The notes beneath the pieces were generated by a model that saw nothing but the letters and a program-made list of their open reading frames with translations, was not told the DNA's origin and did not search any database. A stretch of 64,000 bases of DNA from Daphnia carinata (taxonomy: Eukaryota): assembly GCF_022539665.2 (NCBI RefSeq), contig NC_081333.1, positions 7,378,001 through 7,442,000 of the forward strand. The letters are read 5' to 3'. Of the stretch, positions 1 to 11,827 are shown one piece after another (position 1 is the stretch's first letter; each line of letters begins with the position of its first letter). Position numbers and translations under genes: made by a program.

Positions 1-53
1 CAAAAATACTTGAACATATGTATCTGTATGTGTCTATCTGTCGGTGTGTATCT

Positions 54-74
54 GTGTGTGTGTGTGTGTGTGTG
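54..74. repeat. (TG)n microsatellite in the NELL 3' region
   Basis: Direct read, about 10 TG units. Confidence 0.9.
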
Positions 75-428
75 TTGTATGTGTAACAAAAACAAAGAGT
101 GATAAGGATTTGTTTGAAATAATTAACTTTATAATTTTTTTTGCGTTTTCTTTTTTTTTTGGCCCTCGTGGATGCTTGAAATTGAATGTTTTACTGTATT
201 CATTTTTGATTCAACTAGGACGAGAAAGGTGAGTAGAAGAAGAAACAAAAGAATCAAGGATTTTTGTTTTTTACCCAAGAAAAACTCGGATATGAGCAAA
301 GGGAAAGGGAAAAAAAGGGATTGGGGATTCGAAAACAAAACAACATAGAAAATGACGGTAATATTTATAATGTTATACTTCTACTACGTACCAGCGTTGA
401 TCAAGACTTGCACCGGCTAGTACATAAA

Positions 429-3400
429 CTAAGTGGGGCCCGCTGACTCTGGTTGCTGTTGACTAACAATTTTGGTTGAGATGATTCCAGAATCAAACAA
501 GAAAGCTTCTACTTCTGTTGCTTCTGGAACATTTTGACTTTCTTTTGAGCCGGAGAGCATCCTGCTGCTGCCGTCTTTGAACGTCGAACTAGAAGGACTA
601 GAGTTCGTAGTAAATGGGATCATCGTCGACTGTTGAACTACCGATGACGCTTTCACGTAATTCTTATCATTCTGGTCCGCACTGTTATCCGAACGCGTCC
701 GACGGGCTGATCTAGACATTCGCTGCGTTTGAATTGCTGTCTTCGCTGTCGTAATACGTGACCCGCTACTTCTCGTGGTGGTCGCCATCGTTGTTGATTT
801 ACTAGTTGATCCCTGAACGTCACCTCCCCCCTTTTTCTTCTGTTCGATGACCGCATTATCCGTCGTTGGTGAAGCAAAACCTTCCGGTGATGAGCGGTTG
901 ATCCGGTTCGAGCCGCGTCGTATACTTTGCTGTTGCTGGTGGTGTCTCTGACGATGCTGGACAACTGCACTGTGCTCGAGATCCACCACCAGGCGCTGCT
1001 GAGCGCAGCTAGTATCATACTGACAGCAAACCTTTCCATTCTACGTAGTTGATTCAATCATTAGTGATGGAGACTAAATGAATCGGTTACGTATGAAAAA
1101 GCTTACGCTTACAAAAAGAGTTGATTGTAAAAATGGCTTAAGATTGGAAGAGGTTGACAGAGAGAGAGGTCCATTCGTGCAATTTTGTTAGACGGATTAA
1201 GTAGGGAGATAAGAATAAACATTACCGATTAGTATGGGGAGGAGCAGCACTGTGACTGTGGCCTAACATTCGTTGGCACATCGGCTCCTGTTATCGCCGG
1301 ATTGAACAATCAAGCAGCAACGGAACAAGAAAAAAAAAATATTCCTTTTTGTTAGTGGGTCAGCAAGCTACTCACTCCGTTAGTTAAACGCAAATCAATT
1401 AGTTACAACGCAGCAAGTACAATTGCTGTTTTAAAGTTATTGTTTTGGTTTAGGCGTTCCCCATTGAATTAGTGTTAAGTGTGCATAATCTAGTAGTTTT
1501 ACTGGGATCATTCTGTGCGAAAGAAGAAAAGACGTACCTTGCATTTGCAATTATTGCAACCATCCAACCCGGCAGCCCATTCCGCTCCGTGAGTATAATT
1601 ACGACCGAGATGATGGCATCCAAAGGGTTCTCCGAACTGACTTGTCGTATCCATCGGTTCTTCAACAGCACTGCATGGATCACTGTCCGGACAACGTAGG
1701 CAGCAATCGCCAGGAAGACGGACCGGATGACTACAATAGACGGGCGGGCATTCCATTGGCCAGCAATCAGTCTCTCCGTGCTGACAAACAAAAGAATGAT
1801 TGAGCATTCGTAGTTTTCGAAAAAAAAAAAAAAAAAAGAAAATTTGATTAGATTGTTTACCAGACATTCGCAGCTCTGACATTGGTATATCCATCGCTGG
1901 CCGGAATCGAATATGACGTCCGACTTTTCCTGGTGGCGACATTGCTGGGATTTGCTGGAACGGCACTGCGGACAACACAGTTCGGAATTCGGATGATGAA
2001 CGAGGGTTTGATTCCGGTGAAGGCTGAACTTGGCTGTCGATTCCAAGTCTCCGGAAGATGACGAAGAGGAGGAGGAAGAAGATATTGAAGAAGAAGACGT
2101 GCAATGGCAAGGCAGTTTGGAGCAGGTCACGACGCCCTCACGACATTGGCAGCTGACGCATGGACTCTCGTAAGAAATCCATGTCTCTCCACTTTGGCGG
2201 ACACCCTCTTCGGTGTGGCAAACTACAAAAACGAGAATATCAAACATCAAATGCTTTGCCAAAGAAAATGGCCTTTCAAATAACGTGAGCTATTTCGTGG
2301 AAATAAAAAATACCTAAGCTGCAGTTGGGATTGCTGGGCGGGCAACGGCACTCGTAACTGCCCATCGTGTTGAGGCACTGAGTGTTGCCGTGGCAACTGT
2401 GCGTCCCTTCGGCGCACTCGTCTATATCTGCAATTCAATTTAAAATGTAAAGGCTTTAAAATTGCCTACATTTTCAAAAAAGAATCAGAGATTAAAAACA
2501 AAATTAGAAGAACGACGCACCTTGGCAGAGGGCACCGAGAAAGGTGTCCAGGATATCCTGCCGCGGCGAACGGAATCCGGGCTTGCAAGCGCAAGCGTAC
2601 CATCCGGGCATATTGCGGCATTCGGAATTCGCGTGGCATTGATGTCCCGTGGTTTTATTGCCGGTGCGCTCGCATTCGTTCACGTCCGTTTCGCAAAAAT
2701 CGCCTTCGAAGCCCCGGCGGCAAGAACATTGGTTCGGAGCGACGCATCGTCCACCATTCTGGCACGGTCGATCACACACCGCTATAAAAAAAAGATGACA
2801 AGAAAATCGCAAAAAATTTCATCAGAATTGTCCGGATTTCATTTCCATGTGTTCAAATTACGTTCGCATTCGATTCCATTTCCTCGGTAACCCGGACGGC
2901 AGGCGCACTGGTACGATCCGGGTGTATTGATGCAGGTGGCCAGCGTCGGATGGCAGTCGTTGTCCAAATTGTTAGCGCATTCGTCGTACTCGACGCACTC
3001 CGTGCCGTTGTTGTACAGTTCACCAACTGAGTCTGGACCAGACCCGAGATGATAGTAACCAGGTAGACAGTCGCAACGGTAGGAGCCAACCGTGTTAACG
3101 CAAATCGTGTTGGCTCCACAACGGTGACCACCTGGCCCGCCTTCCGTCTCGCACTCGTTGATATCTGCGAAAGGATTTAAGTTATAAATGAATTAAGTAA
3201 GATGTCACAACGATACAAAAAAAAAGAACAGCCGGCAATCCATGCGCTAGAAAAATAACAACGTGCGTTCATCCAGTGACACTCGTCAAAATACAAGTAA
3301 AATGGTCCCGTTTTCAATGAATTTCGTGGTTCATTCAAAAAATGTAAAACTATAGAACATTGTGCTGTTATTGATTAGGAATGAAAGAATCAAAGCCACC

Positions 3401-6400
3401 AGACACTCATTCGAGAATACTTGAAGAAACACAGAGTGATAAATGGATTAAAGATTACTAGTTAATTAGACAAGAGTGAGAGGTAGAGGTGCAGATGGTG
3501 TTAAGCGAACTAGCAAATAATCATAATTTTTTTTAGATAAAACTAAAACCCCAAGAGGAAGGATGTATCAATTTGCACATAGTGTTTTGAGGTGGCGCAG
3601 GTTTCTATAGAAAATAAACCGGCACCCGTGTGATGTGAAATGCTGATGTGCTGCAAGTACGTACCGGAACAATGTTTGCCGTCGCCGGTGTAGCCGGGCG
3701 AACAGTGACAGGCGTAGGTTGTCTGCAGGTTGATGCACTGCGCACGAGCGTGACAAACGTGACTCGCCGACGCGCAATAATCCACTCCTTTGATTCCATT
3801 TTTTTTTTATGTTTGTTTTGTTTGTGTGTGTGTTTTTATGATCGATTTTTTTTTTGTTGCGACAAGAATAATTAAGCACACATCATTTTGATGATGATGA
3901 TTTGAGGGGTTAAAAATCAACAAGGAATGGGAATATGATAAGGTAAAGGATTAAGAACCACCAGTGCGTCAGTGTGCCATGTGCGATACCAGGATCGAGG
4001 TGATTCACATGAGGAAGGAAAGAAATAAAAAATAAATCTTTGTTAGTAAGGAAATTCAAAATCAACTTAAATCAGTCATCCACAATTCCGCTCTATTCCA
4101 TCTTATAAAAAAAAAAACGAACGAAATGGCGACAAGTCGTCATTCGATTTAATTCAATTTCTTTTTTGTGTTTGTTCAATGTCTATCGCAGTGGATGAAA
4201 AATCAAATGAAAAGGCCCAGTCACGGAATTGTGTGAAATAGAATACATTGTAACTAAAAAATAAAAGGAAAAGATTTAAATCACCTGGGCATTGTTTACA
4301 GCATTCATTGGCGACGGTGAACTGCTCGGACGGTGGGCATGAGAGAGCTGGGCAATGGAGTTCAGGGTCCAACGGCTGGCACTGCATCGATGCGTTGATA
4401 CATTGACATTCCAGGCAATGACGTGGGCTGGTGCGCTCGCCGTGATCGTATTTAACTCCATGGAAGAAGCACGGCTCTGAAAACATCAACAACAAACAAA
4501 ATAATGAATCAATGTGATGCCAAAATATTTATCAAAATTCTTCTGGTTGTTTTCCATTGGCTTCTCAAATAAACTACCATAAAAAACATGGGCTAATAAG
4601 GTCAAAGCAAAACTGTTGCTGATCAAAGTTAATCTTGTTGTGTGTCGCAATGCCATAGAAAACAAAAGAGAAGGTAAACTGAAGACCTTTCGATCCACAA
4701 GTGACACTGAAAAAAAAAATAATAAAACCCTCTCGTTTAACTACATTTGACATGGACCTTGGGTACTTAGTGACGCATGGCAGTTGATTTGTTTTTTCGG
4801 GACTTTTTTGTTGTTATTAGCTCGTAGAAAAATGAGCCGGAATGTCAAAGCCTTATAAAACAGAGATTATCCCGAGTTCAAACGGAAAGAATAAACTTAC
4901 TCAGACACGTTCGACAGCATTCGCCCGGTAGTTGGACGGGATTACGGCACGGAGTGTCTGGACACTGAACCGGACTGCACGTCACTTGCCCCTTCTGCAC
5001 GCGTCGTACGTGTCGAGTCGATGATGAGATCAGAAATAAATCCCGCAAGAGGCGCCGTGAAACACACACACACACGAAGAAAAAAAAAAAAAAGGAAAGA
5101 ATGTTGTATTAAGTCATTTGATTCAAATGCTAAGTATAAAATGTAGGTGGTTGGACTCACGTGGCACGAACACACGTCACAATCGGAATGCCAACTAGTC
5201 CCGTCGGCGTGAACAGTGCCGTTGACGCTGCAGGAACGCGGGCAATCGCATTGTTCCAGTTGCGTCAGCCTTTCTTCGGCATGCTCCAACTTTTTTTAAG
5301 AGATAAACGTTAATAAATTCATAAAAATTTGCATACTTTTTAAATTTCGAGGCTGGTTTTAAAATCGTTACTTTATTAGTAAGATGTTGCAATGATTTCT
5401 CTAGCCGGGCAACGACCGATTGCAGACTGTGAAACTCGCCGCACGTCGGACATTCGGCTTCAGCTGCCGGACATTGCACCAGGTGGCCATTGCTTCCCGC
5501 TATTAAATTGACATCCTGCATAGCACCCTATAGTTCGGAAGCGTAACCATTGGTGTTAAGCATAAAATAATAGTCCGATAAAAAAAAAGAACTCAATTTT
5601 CAACTTACCTTGAAGAGGAAATGTTGGTCGCCTCGCTGTCCGATCCACAGCGACAATTTGTTGGCAGCTTTGTTCTCTTTCTTTTCTGCGGCTGGAACCG
5701 AAGAAGAAGATTCCGGAATAATGGCTGTGTCGGGAATGGCGGCCATCCATCGGCGTTCAACACGACGGCAGTCGACGTAAAGAGAAGCGACACCGCCGCT
5801 AACTGTCACGGCCAATCGGTGCCAAACGCCATCGGCCAACCGATAACTGAACGTCTCGACGCGAGGCACTCCCAGGTGATTGTAATGCAACCGAATCTCG
5901 TCCTTACGGCCTGAGCTCTGCAACTCGAGGAACCTGCGAAACGATTAGTTTGTTATTATTAATATTAATTGGATGTACAATTTTTTGATTCAATTTTTTT
6001 TTGTCGACTTTGGCACTCGAATCATCTCGTTAATTGATTTGATTTGACGTGTTTTGTTTTTCTCTCTAAATTCCTTTTTAAAATGTGGAAATGGATCGCG
6101 AAATGGATCCAATCGGGACACCCAAGCACGACTCGCCTATTGGCTGGACAGAATGGAAAGAGTAGGATCGATTTCGATGCAATTATTAAAGTAACCTTTC
6201 ACTGTTCTCAATTTCTTTTAGCAAAGAAGAAAAAGGACAGGATCCCTTATCAATTCGAACCAGCTCAGCGCTACTCATAGATTAAATTCTTTGTTTCGTG
6301 AGAATGAAAGAAGGAGATCCGAGATTGCCATCAACATTTTAAACACAATCCGGAAACTGAACCTTTAGAAAAAGAAAAAGAAGCCCCATGATGGAAGGCA

Positions 6401-9400
6401 CGCGGGATGCTTGTATAGCTAAACTGGTGTCCAACGTAATTAAACGGGAGGGCGTTAGAGCGTGTGAAACCGTTCCTCACGCGCTCCCTTTTCGTCTCTA
6501 CACATTTAGTTATACAGTACAGGTTAAGGCAAGTGTACACACACTGGTTTGTTATTGCAGCCGTTGGCGGCTGAACGTTCGGGATTTGTTTGAAGTGCAG
6601 CTCTTTGCGAGGGTCAGACATTAACCACTTGCTAATATAACAGGATGAAACGGCTCAGCTGACCAGGAAAAGATAAAGAAGGAAAACTGATAAGGCCAAA
6701 TGGTGTCTCTTACGTGCAACCATGACGTCGAAAGGGTCGGACTGTGCCATTCGATTCCCCGTGGCCCGGATAAAATCCTACACCACCCCGTGCAACACCA
6801 ACACAGACAAAACCATTCGTTCCGTGTGTGTGCCCCGTGTATACGTACGAACGATTGGAGGGGCGGACATTAGAGAAGCAAGTCGGTGAGTGGGAGGCAA
6901 AAAAAGGAGACAAATTAAAATCGCTTCGTAGAAGAAAAAAGAGAGAGACGGTGATGGAAAAGGAATGCGCAGTTGATAACGACACGTTATGAGAGAGCTA
7001 AATCAATCGATCCCGTTGATTTCCCGGCCGAAACCCCCCACCCACCCAGCGATCAACAAGACGTTCGAAGGGATAACTTGAGATGTAAGCTGACGACTCT
7101 TCCGGATCTCCGGAAGAGTCTTGTTCACATAATAAAAAAATAAATAATAATAAATTGAGGGGGGGGGGAGAAATTTCTTCGTACTGTAGTAGTATTGAAC
7201 ACCGCATTGCGTTCGGGCAAGCATTTGCAGCCGTCAGGAAATGAAAGACTTATTATTAGCGCTGTAATTAACACGTGTGTGGTGAAATGAGGAATGGATT
7301 GATTAATGAACGAACCTGGTGAATCCCTGAGATAGGGAAAAGATTGTGCCGACGTTGAACGGTTCTTGCCGGACGGCGGCCATGAAGGTGATGTCATGGT
7401 GGGATTGGAGCAACGTCATCACCTTGTCGTAAGAAGTTTCCGATAGTCGGATGTTCCGGTTGTCTCCTGAATGAACGCAAGAATAAATTTTTCGTTCTCC
7501 TTTTTGGAAGGGAAGAAATCATAAAGTTACTCACCTGTGAAATAGAGGGCAGGTGAAATGCTGTAAGGTCCTGGCGCTACGTCGACGCCCGTCAAATTGA
7601 GCCGGACGGATGCCAACTCGTCCAGTATGTCGATGCTGTTTTTGCCGCCCGTCCAATCCCATCCGGATGCAGAGGCTGTACTCGTCGTCGATTCTGCGTA
7701 TTTATTAAAGCACAAACGAATCAATGAATCGATATCTTTTGACTCAATCAATATTTAAAGGTAAATAACGAAATAAATCATCAACAGCACCATAAAAAAC
7801 AAATAACAATAAAAAAAAAGCGGAGAGGGTATAAACAAAAAAAGGGGGGGGGGGGAGAAGAGTTTGACACGCAAAGTTTTCGAATGAATGCGATTTACAG
7901 CGCCATAAGTTGAATCGTCTCCCGGGTCTCATCGTTTTCGCCCACCTATGCGGACCGCCGCTTTCAACTTTTTCTCCCCCACTTTCGTTTTATTTATCTT
8001 CTATATATTTTCTTTCTGTCAATTCCTGTCTACACCACTCTCGCTCCCTTCTCACTAAAAAAGAAAAACCAAAGGTGGGGAGGAAGGATGAACTGTGCAA
8101 TTAAAAAGAGAGACTGGAAATAGATTAGGAGTTTGCATGGGACGACGCGAGTGAAGTGCCGGTACGTGACCCCGATGCGTGCGGGCCGCTAGAAGACCAC
8201 ACCATACGGCGGGATCTTTCTTTAACGCTCGTGATTTACGCGTGTCCATGTCGATTCGACTTATTATTTTTCTTTTTGCCCGGGTCTGAACACTGGCCGT
8301 TCTTGTCACATAATTTTTTTTTAACTAGGCCTACACACTTTTCCATTTGTGAAGAAAAGAGGAACTGTGGGACCGTTTCAGTTCGTTTCCGGTTGATCTA
8401 TGGTGACTGTCTACATTATACCGCTTTCTGTGTGTGTGTGTGTGTGTGTGTCCTTTTCAACGGTGGGACCCCAATCAGGAAAGTCAAACAAAAAAGCAAA
8501 AAAACTTTTCATTTTTTTTGTTTTTTTTTTTTTTTTCGTTCTCTCTTTTTTAGTTGTTCGACCTAGTTTATTTGCCCGGTGTTGGAGAAGAGATAATCAG
8601 CAGATAAAAACGGTGCGCAACACTTGACGAAAAAAAGAAAAGTTTTTTGTGGGCGCCAGTATTTGACAACGGGCCAAAAGAAACGGGACATTTTCGAAGT
8701 GCATCCTTTTTGTTATTTCTTTTTTATTTTTTCTTCTTCTAAGAAAGAAGTGGTGTATGCGTCATCTCTGGACTATGCGATGTACACGGCGGTTCTCTTT
8801 CCTTCCCTTTTTTTTTTTCTTTCTTTTTGCCTCAGACTCTTAGCATTATTATCAGCCGACTTGAGTCAATAAACAGAGCGGCAAAAATGCTGGACCACAC
8901 TTGGGTTGAAAACATTGCGGTAAAAAACAAAACAACATACACACAGACATAAAAGTTAGGTAAAATGCTGGAATTTTATACGACCAGAATAAAAAAAGAA
9001 AATCCCCCTAAAAGATTGCGGCATTTGGTGCGCAGCCATCCATCACGTTCGACAGTGGGACGATATCCTTGGCAACAATTATGGAGTTCTACATCGCAGT
9101 TTAACGTCAATTGCGGGGTTTGACGTTTTTTTGTTTTTTTTCTAGTGAATTAACAATAGAAAATGGAGGGCGGGGCGATTCCTTGTGTAAGCACAATCAC
9201 GATAGAGTAACCGAAACTAACGGTCGAAGAAAAAAAAAAATAAAATAAAGAGAATGAAGGAAGAAAAGAAAAAGGTCCGTCACACGATGGATCGCGTGTC
9301 GATGTCGATTGTTCTGTTTGGAACGTCCGTCTCTGTTTGCCTCGCCTGTATATGTTTCCGTCTTGGCACGACATCGTCCACATCGACATAGACGCACAGA

Positions 9401-10996
9401 CCACACACGTAGCATGTACGTTCTCTATGGATTGAACACACACAAAAAAAAAAAAAAAAAAAGAAAAATCCCGTCCAGCAAACGCGACAGGATCAACCAG
9501 AGGGAAAAACGAACAAAAACAAATAGAAAAAAGAAAAACCCTGATTGAATTGAACGATCGCCCAGCAAAATCAAAATTAAGTTTGAGTAGAACTTGTTTT
9601 GTTACTAGAAAAAAAAAATTTCATTTTATGAAGTGCCCTACCGTCCGTCACGAGACGTGTCAATGGCACGTCTCAATAACTGCCTCGACTAATGATTTTG
9701 GCAAAGGTGGAAAAAATAAAACAACAAGGGAAAGTTCCAGAGCACAAATAAAAAGAGTGTGGGGAGAAAACTCACTACGACGATATTACTAAGTTTCAAA
9801 TAAAAAGCGCGGCCGACCCGTCAGAGAAGTGAGCGAGAACATAGGGATGCAATAAGGACCTTCAAATATGTAAAAACGTTAACAAGAAAAAGTTCGCTAG
9901 TCGGAGGGGGGAAAAAAATAAAAATTAGACAAACACACGCATACAGAGCTGTCCTTGAGACCATTCATTTTTTTTTTTTCTTTTTCCAAAGATTTGTCCG
10001 GTTGTAAACAGAAAAAAAGAGAGCAGCTGCTTTTGCAACTAAGATAGACACATCATCATCTAGGACGACTAGACGAGTGCCGGTCGTCCACGTCGTCAAG
10101 TAGTTCGTTTATTTTCTAATTTTTTTTTTTTCCTTTCCAAAAAGAACTATTTCGTTTCATAAAAGCCGACGAGAGCACGAAAAGAGAGAGCTTAATTAGC
10201 AGCAGCAAGAAGAGATGAACGAGAAGGGTTTTTTTTGGAGAGAGAGAGAGAGAGAGAGGGGTAGGCGTGACCAGTTGGAGGTGTCAACGGCTGACAAACC
10301 TGCTGCTGTGCAGAGCGAAACTCTTTCTTGAAATTGAAAATGAACTCGAGCCAACGGATATATGGGATACAGTGAAAAAGAGAAAAAAAAAAAAATAATA
10401 ATAATAACTGACGCTTTGGGGGAGGGGGGTCTCTCATCAAAGTTTCACGATCGACCCAAGCTCTTTGGCCCCACACAAAATCTTATTGCTTTTCTTCCTT
10501 TAATTTTTTTTTTTTTTTTTTTTTTCCGTTCGTGCTAAAATTTGTCTATTCCCTCTACAATTTCCGAATTTTTTGGGAAGGGGACCACAGAACAAGTAAC
10601 ACGCCTTTGTTTTAAAAAAGGGAAAAGGTTAGGATACCATTTGCTTATTGCAACAAGAAAACAAAAAAGGGGGAAACACCACTAACTGTTCCACCCACAA
10701 AAAAATTCGCCAAAAAGAAAGAAAAAAAAAAAAAAAAAGATCTACGCCATTTTTTTTTTTTCTCTTTTTCTTTTACTTTTCTTGGGGGTGTATACGAGAG
10801 AACAATTGCATAAAGGAAGGGAAAGGATAATATTTCATTATTTTTCGTGTTTACCTGCAAGGTGGGTGAAGACGGCCAAAACGACGATGGTCGAAACGGT
10901 GAAAACTGTCCATGGAGAGGAGGCGATTCTTTTGCTAGACGTGGCAGAGGCCGGCAGCACCAGGAGGAGTGACGGCGAACTTGTCGGCCAATTCAT
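429..10996 (-). CDS. NELL: NELL1/NELL2-like secreted protein (LamG/TSPN, coiled coil, VWC and EGF repeats), ~1121 aa, 15 exons
   Basis: Exons 10855-10996, 7535-7693, 7316-7466, 5609-5933, 5372-5527, 5161-5289, 4901-4994, 4285-4476, 3665-3787, 2862-3164, 2521-2781, 2314-2427, 1861-2222, 1538-1780 and 429-1040. All are GT-AG and total 3366 nt in frame. Motifs: [17 protein letters not shown] and [15 protein letters not shown] (LamG), CPTCGEF (coiled-coil start), several DxDEC/DxNEC cbEGF and VWC repeats, ending CKCK|NGKVCC. The first coding exon (hydrophobic leader) is less certain. Confidence 0.92.
1226..1287 (-). other. Candidate 62-nt frameshifting cassette exon in the last NELL intron
   Basis: Preceded by a pyrimidine-rich tract ending ...ataacag, and followed by the donor AATCG|gtaatg. 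It is open in frame with the upstream exon ([21 protein letters not shown]) and joins the alternative ORF that ends at 653. Confidence 0.45.
7095..7120. repeat. Perfect 12-bp inverted repeat in a NELL intron
   Basis: GACTCTTCCGGA-TC-TCCGGAAGAGTC. Confidence 0.9.
8428..8451. repeat. (TG)n microsatellite, NELL intron
   Basis: Direct read, about 11 units. Confidence 0.9.
10237..10258. repeat. (GA)n microsatellite
   Basis: Direct read, about 10 units. Confidence 0.85.
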
Positions 10997-11792
10997 TTCC
11001 TCGTGTCGACTGTCGGTCGGCGCGTTGCGCGTTCGTCGCCGACACACACACACACAACACGCGCGCACCCCCCGTCAAAAAAAGGAGAACGAAGAAGAAG
11101 AGAAAAAAAAAAAAAAAAAAAAAAAAGTCCGCAGGGGAGAAAAGCAAAAGGAAAAGGAAAGGACAAAAATTTGTAGAAAAAAAAAAAAAACCACCCAGAA
11201 AATATTGTGCTCTCCCTTTCCCTCTTTTTTTTTTTTTCGGTTTCGACGTTCCAGGTGAAAATGAAAATTGGTCTGTGGAAAGGGTTCGTTTTTCTTTCGG
11301 TTGTTATATAAACTTAATGTTCTCTTTTGATGTCACTATTTCCAATGCAGACGTCTAGCGCACGATGAAATGAGGAAAATGAATGCAGCACAATCACTTG
11401 ATTATTTTTTGTGTTGGTCCCTTATTTTTTTTTTTTTGTTCTTTCGAAACGGACACACCTATCGAAAAAAAAATGAACTGCGGTCGAACTGCGTGTACGC
11501 GTTGTGGTGGGTCTAAAGCGATCCGTATATGGGATGTCGGTTTGAGCCGCGCACAGGCAAACATATACACACACACAAAAAAAAAACCGAAGCTAAACTG
11601 AACTGAATAATCCCCCGGAAAATTGGTGTTGAATTCTTTTTTTTTTTTTTTTTCGCACTCTGAAAATGATGAAGGGCCGCGCGTCGGGAGTTCGTCCGGC
11701 AGCTGGGGGCGCACTGTCACGTCACAATGTCTTGAAGACGGTGAGTACGGTGAAGTAGTGGAACTCGATCGCACGGCTGGTCCATTTTGGCC

Positions 11793-11827
11793 GGTGTGTG
11801 TGTGTGTGTGTATGTGTGTGTGTGTGT
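11793..11827. repeat. Interrupted (TG)n microsatellite upstream of NELL
   Basis: Direct read. Confidence 0.85.
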
